64,000 nt of DNA from Candidatus Iainarchaeum sp. (GCA_026396995.1 JAPLVS010000054.1:24052-88051), one strand, 5' to 3'. Shown: positions 44,870 to 54,397, numbered from the stretch's first letter. Program-made: numbers and translations. Notes: generated by a model from the sequence alone, not told the origin.

Positions 44870-45693
44870 TCACTTGACCGGAAAAACGTATTCCTTCACT
44901 TTGCCTGTCCGCGGGTCGATTGCTTCAATTATATGGAAGCGGGACATATTTGATGTCGCTTTTACCCTACCTTCTTTGTGGTATTTCCTCAACACAAACT
45001 CATCTTCTTCTGGGCTTTCTTGCCAGTACCTAATTTTTGTAAAAAGCCGGTCAAAAAGGTCCCGGCGGTTTTCGCCCATCCAAATCGTATTTTTTCCGTC
45101 CTTTTCTCCCTTACATCCCTGTCGGCCCTTGAAGCAAACCTTTCGGCCAGTCCAGTGCCTCTCAGTTTTTTTGGCAAATACATGTGCGCGATATCTGCAG
45201 TGGGCTCTATTGCAAAAAAAGCCATTGCCCAGTGCTTGTCAGTAATCGGTTGCTCACCACCGTTTTTCCATTCATACAGTTTTATCGCTACAAATGGCGA
45301 ATAGTTTGGCACGGTCCTCGCAACAATGATTCTGCCTCCAGGTCCGCGGTAAACCCCCTGCAATAATCTGCCATGTTCCGCCAGCGGAACCGGCACCTCG
45401 TTTTTTCCGTCGAGCAGAACCACTTCCTTCCTTTTGGTTTTTTCCCCAGTTGGCCCCGCGATTTCCCGTTCCACCACGCCTTGTTCCAACATGGTCAAAG
45501 GCTGGACTAATGGTTTTTTGCCGGCTTTTCCCAGTGCTTCCCTGGCAGGAATACCCTCAGCAATCAGTTTTCTTGCCCTTCTTTTTCTTTCTTCCCGCCT
45601 GGCCAAATTCCTTGCGAACCTTTTCCTGGCAAACTTGTCAGGCTCAGGCTTGCCGGCAGTCAGGTATTTTTGAGGAATTTTCCGTGAAGACAT
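44870..45693 (-). pseudogene. Paralog of 44072-44860, interrupted by a frameshift (234-aa N-part 44989-45693 plus 69-aa C-part 44870-45079)
   Basis: Shares GKKPLVQPL, RIIVART, AHMYLPKKLRGTGLAERFASRADRDV with its neighbour. The paralog's C-terminal motif IEAIDPRTGKVKEYVF lies in the separate overlapping 69-aa ORF. Confidence 0.4.
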
Positions 45694-45733
45694 AAATCAA
45701 TTAGTGCCGGACCAGAATAAATTCCTATCCTGT

Positions 45734-47335
45734 TCAGGCTGCAATTACACCCGCAAACATCAGCAGCGCTATTGCCACGCCTATAAGGCCTTCTCCTGCA
45801 ATCACTCCGGCTGCAAGCAGCCTGCCGTTTTCCGTCAATTTCTTTTTGTCAGCGTACAGCCTTATCATGCCGCCCACAAACAATGGGAAGGCAAGGGTGA
45901 TTGGCGCATAAAGGCCTATGCCGAATGCAACCATCACAATGCCGATTTTGAAAAAATAAGTGAGCAAAACAGTTGCAATGAATCCGATTGCAATTCCTGC
46001 AACCATCGGCATTTCAATGGATTGTGCGGAAATTATTCCCTTGAAAGCGAATGCCTGCGGCGCAGGGAACATTGCTGTGCCGATTCTTGGCTGCAATGCA
46101 ATCAGCACAAAGCCCAATACCATTGCCCCGGCTACAACGCCCAGCAATTGGCTTGCGGTCTGGCTTCCAGGATCAGCCTTAAGGATGTGCCCTGCTTTTA
46201 AGTCCTGCATAAAATCCCCGCCCATTCCTGCGGCAATGCAGACGATTGCTGACAAAATCACAAGCGGGAGCGCCTGGAACCCCAGGAACAATTTTGCTAT
46301 TAGGAGCACGATTATCGCGAACACTTCCATCGGGTCCACATTCATTTCGCCTGTAGCCCTTGCCCCCACATAAGCCATAAAGAAAGCGCCCACGATTGCC
46401 ACAACCGAAAGCACAGGGTCAAGGTTTGCTGCGATGGTTACAAGTGCCACAACCAGCACAATGCCGAAAACCCAGATTTTACTCAACTGCGTCTTTTCCT
46501 CTTTCAATCCTTCAAGCATTTTTTTCAGCGAAGGCAATCCTTTAAGCAGGAAATACGCCACCGCAGCGCCGATTATAACGCCGATGCCAAGCGGGCTTGT
46601 GATTGCAGCCATTGCTGTTCCCTTGTCTGCGAATGCTCCGCTCGAAACCAACCAGGGCACAATTGCAAAGTTGCTTATCAGTGCGCCGAAAAACCACACC
46701 CCGGTGAAAAGCGGCCCTATCAGGAAGCCGCCTGCAAACGTTACAAGCGTTACCCCGAATCCCAGCGAAAAATATTTCGAAATGTCAAGCTTTAAAGTGT
46801 CAAGGCTTATAAGGCCCGGAATCGCCTTGAAATAATCCCTTGCTATTGCCAGGGCAGCGCCGATTCCGAAAGCAATCCCCAATTTTTTCGCTTTTTCGCC
46901 GCCTTCATCGCCTGCTTCCACAAGCGCTGCGGCCGCAGCGCCGTCCGCAAAAGGCAATTGTTCCCTTTCAATCATTTCCTTGCGCAAAGGGATAGTGAAT
47001 AGCACCCCGAGCAGTCCGCCTGCAAGCGCTATCAGGATGATTTCAGTTGCGCTTATCTGCATTCCGAGAAGGTAAAGTGCAGGAATCGTGAAAATTATTC
47101 CTGCCGCAAGGAGGCCGCCTGTGCTTGCGGCAGTCTGCGCTACGATTATTTCCTGCTTGGATGTTTTGCCGAACAGTTTCAGGAGCGCCATTGACATCAG
47201 CGATGTTGTCACTATCGGCCAGTACACTCCGCCTATCATCAGGCCAAGGTATGCGGAGTACATTGCCACCGCAACCGAGAGCACAAATCCGACAAGCATT
47301 GCCTTTGGCGTCAGTTCTTTCACATTCATCATAGC
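45734..47335 (-). CDS. OPT-family oligopeptide transporter (multi-TM)
   Basis: About 535 aa with 14-16 predicted TM helices. GG-rich helices and overall topology typical of the OPT superfamily. Confidence 0.55.
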   Translation of the reverse strand, partial: AMMNVKELTPKAMLVGFVLSVAVAMYSAYLGLMIGGVYWPIVTTSLMSMALLKLFGKTSKQEIIVAQTAASTGGLLAAGIIFTIPALYLLGMQISATEIILIALAGGLLGVLFTIPLRKEMIEREQLPFADGAAAAALVEAGDEGGEKAKKLGIAFGIGAALAIARDYFKAIPGLISLDTLKLDISKYFSLGFGVTLVTFAGGFLIGPLFTGVWFFGALISNFAIVPWLVSSGAFADKGTAMAAITSPLGIGVIIGAAVAYFLLKGLPSLKKMLEGLKEEKTQLSKIWVFGIVLVVALVTIAANLDPVLSVVAIVGAFFMAYVGARATGEMNVDPMEVFAIIVLLIAKLFLGFQALPLVILSAIVCIAAGMGGDFMQDLKAGHILKADPGSQTASQLLGVVAGAMVLGFVLIALQPRIGTAMFPAPQAFAFKGIISAQSIEMPMVAGIAIGFIATVLLTYFFKIGIVMVAFGIGLYAPITLAFPLFVGGMIRLYADKKKLTENGRLLAAGVIAGEGLIGVAIALLMFAGVIAA

Positions 47336-47427
47336 CCCCCTGAAAAGAAACACTAATTGAAGAATAAAAGTTTAAATATTGATTTGCAAGGCAAAGGGTT
47401 TTATTCTTTGCAATCGTATAATTAGTT

Positions 47428-47691
47428 ATGGCTGGAAGGATTTTACGAATAGCCAAGAAGGCCGGGCAGGCAGTGAAGCACAGAGTCACCAGGTTGAAGG
47501 CCGCAGGCAGTGCAGCGAAAAGGGCGGTCAGGAAAGAAGACCTGGCTTATCTCAAAAGGCGGATTTCGGCCATTGAGCAGGCCAGGGAAAAACACCCCGG
47601 GGCAGCGCACGAGTTAGGCAAGCTGAATGCAAGGCGCAAAAAGCTCGAAGGCAAGATTGCCCGCCTTGGCGGGAAAAACCCCGAGCAATAG
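47428..47691 (+). CDS. Hypothetical small basic coiled-coil protein
   Basis: 87-aa ORF, K/R/A-rich. Confidence 0.3.
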   Translation: MAGRILRIAKKAGQAVKHRVTRLKAAGSAAKRAVRKEDLAYLKRRISAIEQAREKHPGAAHELGKLNARRKKLEGKIARLGGKNPEQ

Positions 47692-47738
47692 ATTGAACCC
47701 TAATCAATCGAAAGGCAATATGCAATGCGGATGTTTTT

Positions 47739-48038
47739 ATGGTTTCACTGCCAGAAATAACAAAAACGCAGTTTGGCAAATTTTTGGCAAATGCTTCCAA
47801 GCTTGGCCTTGAAAGGGTTAATGGCAATAAATCCGATTTTCCCCAAACTGTCCTGATGGTTTACAAATCAAAACATGTGCTTAATTTTGAATGTTTGATG
47901 GGCGGAGGGCTTGAGTTTTACATTGCGGGCATTGTTGAAAAAGGCAGCCTGAGATTGTTCAAAAAACCGGAAGAAATCAAAACATCCGGCCGCCTGCTTC
48001 TTCGCATGAAGAAAAAAATTGAGCAACTGATTCAATGA
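47739..48038 (+). CDS. Hypothetical protein
   Basis: 99-aa ORF. No motif recognised. Confidence 0.3.
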   Translation: MVSLPEITKTQFGKFLANASKLGLERVNGNKSDFPQTVLMVYKSKHVLNFECLMGGGLEFYIAGIVEKGSLRLFKKPEEIKTSGRLLLRMKKKIEQLIQ

Positions 48039-48538
48039 ACTTTGCCCAAGCGTCAATTTCCGTAAATTTAATTTGCCGGCAAAGCTTCCCAAGGGCAAAG
48101 TATTTTTTATTGTTTGCAAGCATATAATCGGTTATGCCTCGGTTTGCCCGCGGGATTGTACGATCTGTTGCTGGTAGAATTTCCCAACGCAGGGAAACCA
48201 GGCGAGCGGCCAGGAGGAAAACCCTTGGCAGGGAACTTGGCATTGTCGGCCTGGACATCGGGCACCTTAATAGGACGGCTTCATTGCACGGCAGCATTGC
48301 CAGAATGCGGCGCCGGAAAGGCGAACCTAACCTCCAGTCCCTGGGAATGGAAGCCAGGGCGCGCAGAGCGGCAGTGCCTCTGGAAAAAAGATCCAGAAGG
48401 CTTAGGGCCCAGCTCGCCGGCCTTGGGGCAAAACCTTAGCAATCCTTCAACTTCCAAGCCCCACAACTGCCCGCAACCTGCTTGAAGCCCAATCTCCTTA
48501 TCGCAAGGTAATAAAACCTTTCAATGCTTATTTTTTGC

Positions 48539-49897
48539 ATGGCCTTGGGTGAAAAGTTAAGGGCGGCAATGGAGCGCCTGAAGAATGCCGCTTTTCTCGA
48601 TAAGGATGCGATAGCGGAAGCCGTCAAGGAAATCCAGCGCGCGCTCATTTCTTCGGATGTTGAAGTAAACCTTGTGTTCAATCTGAGCAGGGAGATAGAG
48701 AAAAAGGCATCCGAGGTTCCGCCAAAAGGCATTGACCGCAGGGAATTCATCATCAAGACCACTTACGATTTGCTCGCAGACTTAATCGGCGGCCAGCATG
48801 AAGCGCCGAAAGAACCGAAAAAAATCCTTTTGCTCGGCCTATTTGGGCAGGGCAAAACCACGACTGCCGGAAAACTGGCGGCATGGCATAAAAAGCGCGG
48901 AAGGCATGTTTCCCTAGTGTGCGCGGACGTGCACAGGCCTGCTTCTTTCGAGCAATTGCAGCAGGTTGCAGGGCAGGCTGGCGTTGAGTTTTACGGCATC
49001 AAGGCCGAAAAGAGCGCTGTTAAAATCGTGCAGAGCGCATTGCAGGAACTGAAGAAGCAGGATTTGGTTATTGTCGATTCTGCAGGCCGCTCAGGCCTGG
49101 ACGAAGCGCTCATAAAAGAAATAATAGATGTCAAGGCAGCATTCAACCCTGACCAAATCTGGCTTGTTTTGAGTGCGGACATAGGCCAATTGGCGAAGAG
49201 GCAGGCACAGGCTTTCCATGAAGCCGTCGGCGTTAATGGAATCATTCTTTCGAAAGCCGACAGCTCTTCCAAGGGCGGAGGCGCTCTCGCTGCCTGCGCT
49301 GAAACAAGGGCGCCTGTGTATTTTATCGGGACAGGTGAAAAGCTTTCAGACCTTGAAATATTCGATGCAAAGCGCTATCTTGGAAGGATAATGGGCTACG
49401 GCGACCTTGAAGCGCTTCTGGAAAAAGCGAAAGAGGCGGCAGAGGAAAAGGATTTCAAGCCAGAAGACATCCTGTCCGGAGATTTTAACCTCGATGTTTT
49501 CTACAAGCAATTAGAAGCCACAAAGAAAATGGGCCCGATTTCAAAGGTTGCCGAAATGATGGGCCTGAAAATGCAGTTGCCCAAAGAACAGCTTGAATTG
49601 GGCCAGGAAAAACTCGATTCTTACAAAATAATAATGGATTCCATGACCAAACAGGAAAAAAAGCACCCGGACATAATTAGCAGGGAGCGCATTGAAAGGA
49701 TTGCAAAGGGCAGCGGCCGCAGGCCAGAGGATGTCAGGGACTTGCTGAAGCAGTACAGGCAGCTTGAGAAAATGCTCGGCAAATTCAAGAAAATTGCAGG
49801 AAAAAAAGACCCAGAGAAAATGGACGAAAAGGACATCCAGAAAATGATGCAGAAATTCGGCGGCATGAGGAAAAAAAAGCGCCTGAAATTCAGGTAA
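48539..49897 (+). CDS. srp54: Signal recognition particle protein SRP54
   Basis: N domain, G domain (LLGLFGQGKTTTAGKLA, DVHRPAS, DSAGR, SKADSSSKGG), and a Met-rich M domain (MMGLKMQL...MMQKFGGM). Confidence 0.9.
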   Translation: MALGEKLRAAMERLKNAAFLDKDAIAEAVKEIQRALISSDVEVNLVFNLSREIEKKASEVPPKGIDRREFIIKTTYDLLADLIGGQHEAPKEPKKILLLGLFGQGKTTTAGKLAAWHKKRGRHVSLVCADVHRPASFEQLQQVAGQAGVEFYGIKAEKSAVKIVQSALQELKKQDLVIVDSAGRSGLDEALIKEIIDVKAAFNPDQIWLVLSADIGQLAKRQAQAFHEAVGVNGIILSKADSSSKGGGALAACAETRAPVYFIGTGEKLSDLEIFDAKRYLGRIMGYGDLEALLEKAKEAAEEKDFKPEDILSGDFNLDVFYKQLEATKKMGPISKVAEMMGLKMQLPKEQLELGQEKLDSYKIIMDSMTKQEKKHPDIISRERIERIAKGSGRRPEDVRDLLKQYRQLEKMLGKFKKIAGKKDPEKMDEKDIQKMMQKFGGMRKKKRLKFR

Positions 49898-49911
49898 GGG
49901 AAAGGCTTGAA

Positions 49912-50736
49912 ATGTTCGAATTGATCCGATACTTGATTGTTCTCACTGGCACAATTGTTTCTGCCTACACCGACATAAGAACAGGCCTTATCCTCGACAA
50001 AATCACTTACCCTATGATTGCCCTCGGATTGATTTTTTCAGCCGCAGATGTTTTTTTCGAGCATTCTTTCATGCAATTGGTTGTGCCTGTTTCGGTTTTT
50101 GCCTTCGGCTTCCTGCTTTACTATCTCGGAAAGTTGGGCGGCGGCGATGTTAAAATCTTCACAGGAATGGCTTTGCTCCTGCCTTTCTACCAGAACAGCC
50201 CCTTCATTCTGAACGTGCTGTTGATTGCAGCGCTTTCAAGCGTTTCCCTGATTTCCGTTTATTACCTTTTCAGGTATTTTTCGCTCAAAAAAAGGGAAAA
50301 AATCGACAGGAAGGAAATGCTGAAATCCCTTTTACTGGGAATTGCAATTCTTCTTTATCTGGTGGTGCTTTGCCAGCTCGGCTTCATGAAATTCTGGCAG
50401 GCGCTGGTCTTGTTCGTTCCATTGCTTTTGGGCTTGTGCGCGATGGCATTCCAGTCCGGAATCTACAAGGCGTTTTTCCTGAAATACGTTTCCCGAAAAG
50501 AACTGGAAGAGGACGAAATAATCGCAAGGGAATTCATTGAACCGGCAGCCCTCTCCGAAGCAGGCCTTTCCCTGAAAGGCATAGTCGATGAAAAGGCGGC
50601 TGAAAAGCTCGCAAAGGCAGGCGTTCATAAAATCCCTGTTTACAGGTCGCTGCCGCCCTTCGCCCCATTCCTGCTGCTTGGGGTAATAATTTCCTATTTC
50701 GTGCCGGATTTATTCCTGCTGATTTTTTTCCCCTGA
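49912..50736 (+). CDS. A24-family aspartic peptidase (prepilin/preflagellin peptidase, FlaK/PibD-like)
   Basis: The two catalytic Asp motifs sit in context: SAYTDIRTGLI and LGGGDVKIFTG. Multi-TM. Confidence 0.55.
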   Translation: MFELIRYLIVLTGTIVSAYTDIRTGLILDKITYPMIALGLIFSAADVFFEHSFMQLVVPVSVFAFGFLLYYLGKLGGGDVKIFTGMALLLPFYQNSPFILNVLLIAALSSVSLISVYYLFRYFSLKKREKIDRKEMLKSLLLGIAILLYLVVLCQLGFMKFWQALVLFVPLLLGLCAMAFQSGIYKAFFLKYVSRKELEEDEIIAREFIEPAALSEAGLSLKGIVDEKAAEKLAKAGVHKIPVYRSLPPFAPFLLLGVIISYFVPDLFLLIFFP

Positions 50737-51027
50737 AACGCTTGTTTTCCGCGTAAAACCGCACTTGTTGCAGGTTATTTTGAGAATGCTTCCTTCAATC
50801 CTTATTTTTGAATTCCTGCCTTCCTTCAAATAGGATTTGCATTTCTTGCAGTAGTTTTTTTTCAATTCCCATGGAATGCTTTCATTGCACCGTTTCCCTA
50901 TCTTGAGGGCCAGTTGCACATAGCAGTCGCTCCTTTCCGGGTGTTCCTTGAATTCTTTTCCGGCCAGTTCGAATAGCCTGCAAATCCTTTCCCTTGCGAT
51001 CTGCCCGATCACGTCTTTTTTTCCCAT
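50710..51027 (-). CDS. rnp4: RNase P protein component 4 (Rpp21/Rpr2)
   Basis: ERICRLFELAG...YVQLALKIGKRCNESIP then zinc ribbon CKKCKSYL...CNKCG. Confidence 0.7.
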   Translation of the reverse strand: MGKKDVIGQIARERICRLFELAGKEFKEHPERSDCYVQLALKIGKRCNESIPWELKKNYCKKCKSYLKEGRNSKIRIEGSILKITCNKCGFTRKTSVSGEKNQQE

Positions 51028-51530
51028 AATCCTTCCTTCATATAACGATAAAACATTTCTTTAAACCAGGGCGTGAACGCCTCGCGCTCCTTGAGCATGC
51101 CCCGTATTTCCTTTATTGAAAAAAACCTTCCGCCAAAGCTCTCTTCTATGTTCTCTGAAATCTTCCCGTCATAAGTGCATTTCCATAATTCCGAGAATTC
51201 GCAGTTTTTTTCAGGAAAACAGTTCTTTGCCTCGGCCACTTTCTCCACTTTTGCCCCAGTAATCCCCAACTCTTCTCTCAATCCCCTTAGTGCAGCCTGC
51301 TCGAAGCTCTCTCCAGGCTTCAGGTGCTCGCCCATATCCTCCCAGTGTTCCGGATAAAATTCCTTTTCCTGCGCCCTCTTCTTCAGGAAAATTCCCCCAC
51401 TGGAATTGAAAACCCAAACGTGCGCGCCCTTGTGCCACTCGCCATTATTATGTAGAACACTCCTCGGCGCCCTTCCTTTGAAAGCGCCGTAGCCTGAAAA
51501 AAATTCCAGCTGCTCTTCCCCTTGTTCCAT
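51009..51530 (-). CDS. NUDIX hydrolase
   Basis: Nudix box GEHLKPGESFEQAALRGLREELGI (GX5EX7REUXEEXGU). Confidence 0.75.
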   Translation of the reverse strand: MEQGEEQLEFFSGYGAFKGRAPRSVLHNNGEWHKGAHVWVFNSSGGIFLKKRAQEKEFYPEHWEDMGEHLKPGESFEQAALRGLREELGITGAKVEKVAEAKNCFPEKNCEFSELWKCTYDGKISENIEESFGGRFFSIKEIRGMLKEREAFTPWFKEMFYRYMKEGLWEKKT

Positions 51531-51539
51531 ATTTCTCAT

Positions 51540-52004
51540 TCACAGAATTTTCCTGAGGTATTCCATGCCAGATTTTTTGAACCCGATTTTTTGGTAAAAT
51601 TTGAATGCCTTTGATTTGCGGTGCGAGAGCAATGTCAGCGCCTTGAACCCCTTTTTCTTCAGATCCTTTTCCAGCAATGCTAGCGCCTTTCGGCCTATGC
51701 CTTTTCCCTGCAGGCCTTCGGCCACAGCGAATTCTTCCACGAAAAACCCGTTTCCTTCGGGCTCGGAGTAGAATTCCGAGCCAAAGATTATCCCTGTCCT
51801 TTTCCCGCCCATTTCTATTACATAAATCGCGCTTTTCGGGTGCCTTGCCCACAAGCGCACCGCCCGCATCGCTTTTGCAGGAGTCCATTTTTCATTATAG
51901 GGCGCCTTAGAGAACTCTTTCCTGAGCAGTTCAGCGCAAAAGCCCAAATCGCTTTCCTTTGCCGGCCGAAGGCCGACCTTGGATTGCTTAAAATCAGCTT
52001 TCAT
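51540..52004 (-). CDS. GNAT-family N-acetyltransferase
   Basis: Motif A LQGKGIGRKALALLE. 154 aa. Confidence 0.8.
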   Translation of the reverse strand: MKADFKQSKVGLRPAKESDLGFCAELLRKEFSKAPYNEKWTPAKAMRAVRLWARHPKSAIYVIEMGGKRTGIIFGSEFYSEPEGNGFFVEEFAVAEGLQGKGIGRKALALLEKDLKKKGFKALTLLSHRKSKAFKFYQKIGFKKSGMEYLRKIL

Positions 52005-52008
52005 TGAG

Positions 52009-52080
52009 TGCGGCTGCTGGGATTCGAACCCAGGACAAGAGCTTGGAGGGCTCCGATGATGACCACTTCACCACAGCCGC
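52009..52080 (-). tRNA. tRNA-Gly (anticodon TCC); unusual C at position 33
   Basis: Manual fold gives acceptor GCGGCUG/CAGCCGC with discriminator A, anticodon arm GGAGC-CCTCCAA-GCTCT, and T-arm CTGGG-TTCGAAT-CCCAG. Confidence 0.75.
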
Positions 52081-52118
52081 GTTTTCCGCTGTCCTAAAGA
52101 AAGGGTTTGGTTTTGTTT

Positions 52119-52916
52119 TTAATGGTTTTCTTTGCGCTGTTTTGCCCTGCCGGCCCTTATGTCTTTTGGCTGTATTTCACCGCCGGCAAGGGCTTCAGGG
52201 CTGTAGAATTTTTCAGGCAATGCCATTTTTGGGCCGTCCGGCATGAACCTGGCGGATTTCGGGCCTTCAGTTCGAATCCAGCAATGCTCTGCCTTGTCGA
52301 ACCTGTACCTTTCCCTGAAAATGTTTATCGGAATTCCCGAGCGCCAGTATTTCCTTGCTTTTTCAGCCACGTGCCCGGATGCCTTGATTTTTTCCGGGCT
52401 TTCGCTTGGCGGGAACCTGTACAATGAACCAACGTGGATGTGGTCGAAAACATACGTTTTTGTCGCATCAGCCCTTGCCCTGACAGTCAGCCCAAGCTGA
52501 TGCGGGCTCTTCGGGAGGACAAGGCTTTTTTCAAGCCTGAAAGAAGCCCAGTCAGGGTGAAAGTAAGGCGATGCCTGCCTTGAAATTCCAGTGGCTAGAA
52601 TATGCTCCGGCCTGTTGTTGTCAAAGGCGATGTCAATCGCTTCGGCATGAGGGTGTTCCTGGTATTGTTTGCGCCGCATTTCCGCAGCCGAAAAGCCGTT
52701 TCTTGCAATCGCGATTCCGCTTTCGGGTTTTGGGTCGCTTGTTCCGTGAATCAAAAAAGCAGTGTCCCTTCTCCTTACAATCTCTTCGGCTTCAGCAACT
52801 GAAAGCCCGGTTTCCTGTGCAATCCGCTGGATTTCTTCAGGCGAATGCGGTTCCTTTTTCTTCCGCATTTTCACAGCTTTCCTTATCTGCCCAAAGCGGT
52901 TTTTCGGCACAGGCAT
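52119..52916 (-). CDS. Hypothetical protein, paralog family member 1 (tandem with 52973-53683)
   Basis: Shares RIRQIRKAV, SPEEI..IA..TGLS.AEA.EI, HI.A.GISR, ATRAR, YWR with its neighbour. Function not recognised. Confidence 0.45.
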   Translation of the reverse strand: MPVPKNRFGQIRKAVKMRKKKEPHSPEEIQRIAQETGLSVAEAEEIVRRRDTAFLIHGTSDPKPESGIAIARNGFSAAEMRRKQYQEHPHAEAIDIAFDNNRPEHILATGISRQASPYFHPDWASFRLEKSLVLPKSPHQLGLTVRARADATKTYVFDHIHVGSLYRFPPSESPEKIKASGHVAEKARKYWRSGIPINIFRERYRFDKAEHCWIRTEGPKSARFMPDGPKMALPEKFYSPEALAGGEIQPKDIRAGRAKQRKENH

Positions 52917-52972
52917 ATGTTATTCTTTCCCCCAAGTGATTATATTCTTTCCAGGCTTGTTTTATGTTTTTC

Positions 52973-53683
52973 CTAATCGTCCCTGGCCAGCCTGTAAGTT
53001 GTTTTTGAAGCCCTTGTTTTCCCTGGCTCTTCGCTTGTAAGGATTTCAGGCATCAGGAATATTAAGGGCAGGCCTTTTTTCATATCGGCCTTGTCTTTCA
53101 GCCACCATGCCCCTTCCTTCGGGTAATATTTTTTCAGGAATTCATCCAGCCTTATTGCCTTTCTCCAATAGTCTACTGCAACCTTTTCGATTTCCGCACC
53201 GCACTTTTGCAGCCTCAAAGCCAGCTCGACATCATGCATATCCGCCACAATTGCTTTCTTCGTGTTTATTCTTGCCCTTGTCGCCCTAAGGTCGCCCTTC
53301 GGGTGCGATTCATACCGGTTGATTGCCCACAGGTTGCCGGGCCAGAAAAAATACGCGTTTTTCCTTGAAATGCCCAATGCCCTTATATGATCCGGAATCA
53401 CTTCATCAAAGGCTTTGTTTACTGGCCCAAGGCGCCTTTCCTCATAACGGTTGCCGCGCTTAAAGCCTTCCTCCTCGATTTGCCCAGCACGTTCTTTAAA
53501 TCCAAAGCGGAGCGCAAAAACCTTGTCTTTCCTTTCGATTATTTCCCTTGCTTCAGCTTCGCTCAACCCTGTTTTCCCGGCGATCCTGCCAGCCATCTCT
53601 TCCGGTGCGCCCTGTGTGTTTTCACGGATTTCCACAGCTCTCCTTATTTGGCGGATTCGGGTCGCCGGAATCCTTGCAGGCAT
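52973..53683 (-). CDS. Hypothetical protein, paralog family member 2
   Basis: See 52119-52916. N-terminus MPARIPATRIRQIRRAVEIRE. Confidence 0.45.
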   Translation of the reverse strand: MPARIPATRIRQIRRAVEIRENTQGAPEEMAGRIAGKTGLSEAEAREIIERKDKVFALRFGFKERAGQIEEEGFKRGNRYEERRLGPVNKAFDEVIPDHIRALGISRKNAYFFWPGNLWAINRYESHPKGDLRATRARINTKKAIVADMHDVELALRLQKCGAEIEKVAVDYWRKAIRLDEFLKKYYPKEGAWWLKDKADMKKGLPLIFLMPEILTSEEPGKTRASKTTYRLARDD

Positions 53684-53779
53684 ACACTACTTTTTTTCCC
53701 GAAGTGGTTATTATTCTTTCCAGAAAGCGCACGTTTTCTTTTTATTCTTTTTCGTCCTGCTCCTTACCGAGGGGATTTT

Positions 53780-54397
53780 ATGGTTGGGAAATTTATTGTT
53801 TTCGAAGGCACCGATGGCAGCGGGAAAGGCACAATGCTTGCCAAGACCGCGGAATGGCTTTTCAATTCAAGCATCGGCCACGACAAGATTGTTTTGACCA
53901 GGGAACCGACTTTTTCAGGGCCTGGCTCCCAGATAAGGAAGGCATTGAAATCCGACAAGGAACCGATGACCAAGGCAAAGCAATTGCTCTCGCTTTATTT
54001 CGAGGACCGCAAGGAACACATAGACAAGCTCATAAAGCCTGCATTGCAACTGGGTTCGATTGTGCTCTGCGACCGCTACAAGTACAGCACCATCTGCTAC
54101 CAGCAGGCGCAGGGCATTCCTGTGGAAAGCATTGTCGCAATGCACAAGCGCTTGCTCGTGCCGGACCTTGTCCTTGTTCTCGATGTCGACCCGAAGGTTG
54201 CAATGAAGAGGATAAGGGCGAGCAGGTCGAGCATTGAAAAGTTCGAAAAGGATTTTTTCCTCGGGGAAATCAGGCAGAACTACCTGAACCTGAAAAAAGC
54301 GCTTCCTGACGAGCCGATAAAGTTCATCGATGCCAATGCCGAGCCGGATGAAGTTTTCCTCAAGGTGAAAAAGGAAATCGCAAAGGTCCTGAAATAA
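53780..54397 (+). CDS. tmk: Thymidylate kinase
   Basis: FIVFEGTDGSGKGT P-loop, DRYKYSTICYQQAQG (DRY...Y.Q), and a lid region. 205 aa. Confidence 0.8.
   Translation: MVGKFIVFEGTDGSGKGTMLAKTAEWLFNSSIGHDKIVLTREPTFSGPGSQIRKALKSDKEPMTKAKQLLSLYFEDRKEHIDKLIKPALQLGSIVLCDRYKYSTICYQQAQGIPVESIVAMHKRLLVPDLVLVLDVDPKVAMKRIRASRSSIEKFEKDFFLGEIRQNYLNLKKALPDEPIKFIDANAEPDEVFLKVKKEIAKVLK

Noticed and set aside
48114-48485. 123-aa and 101-aa ORFs in the GC-rich region upstream of srp54
   Set aside because: Low-complexity G/P/R/A-rich frames are expected by chance in GC-rich noncoding sequence. They are kept only as a caveat in the corresponding finding.
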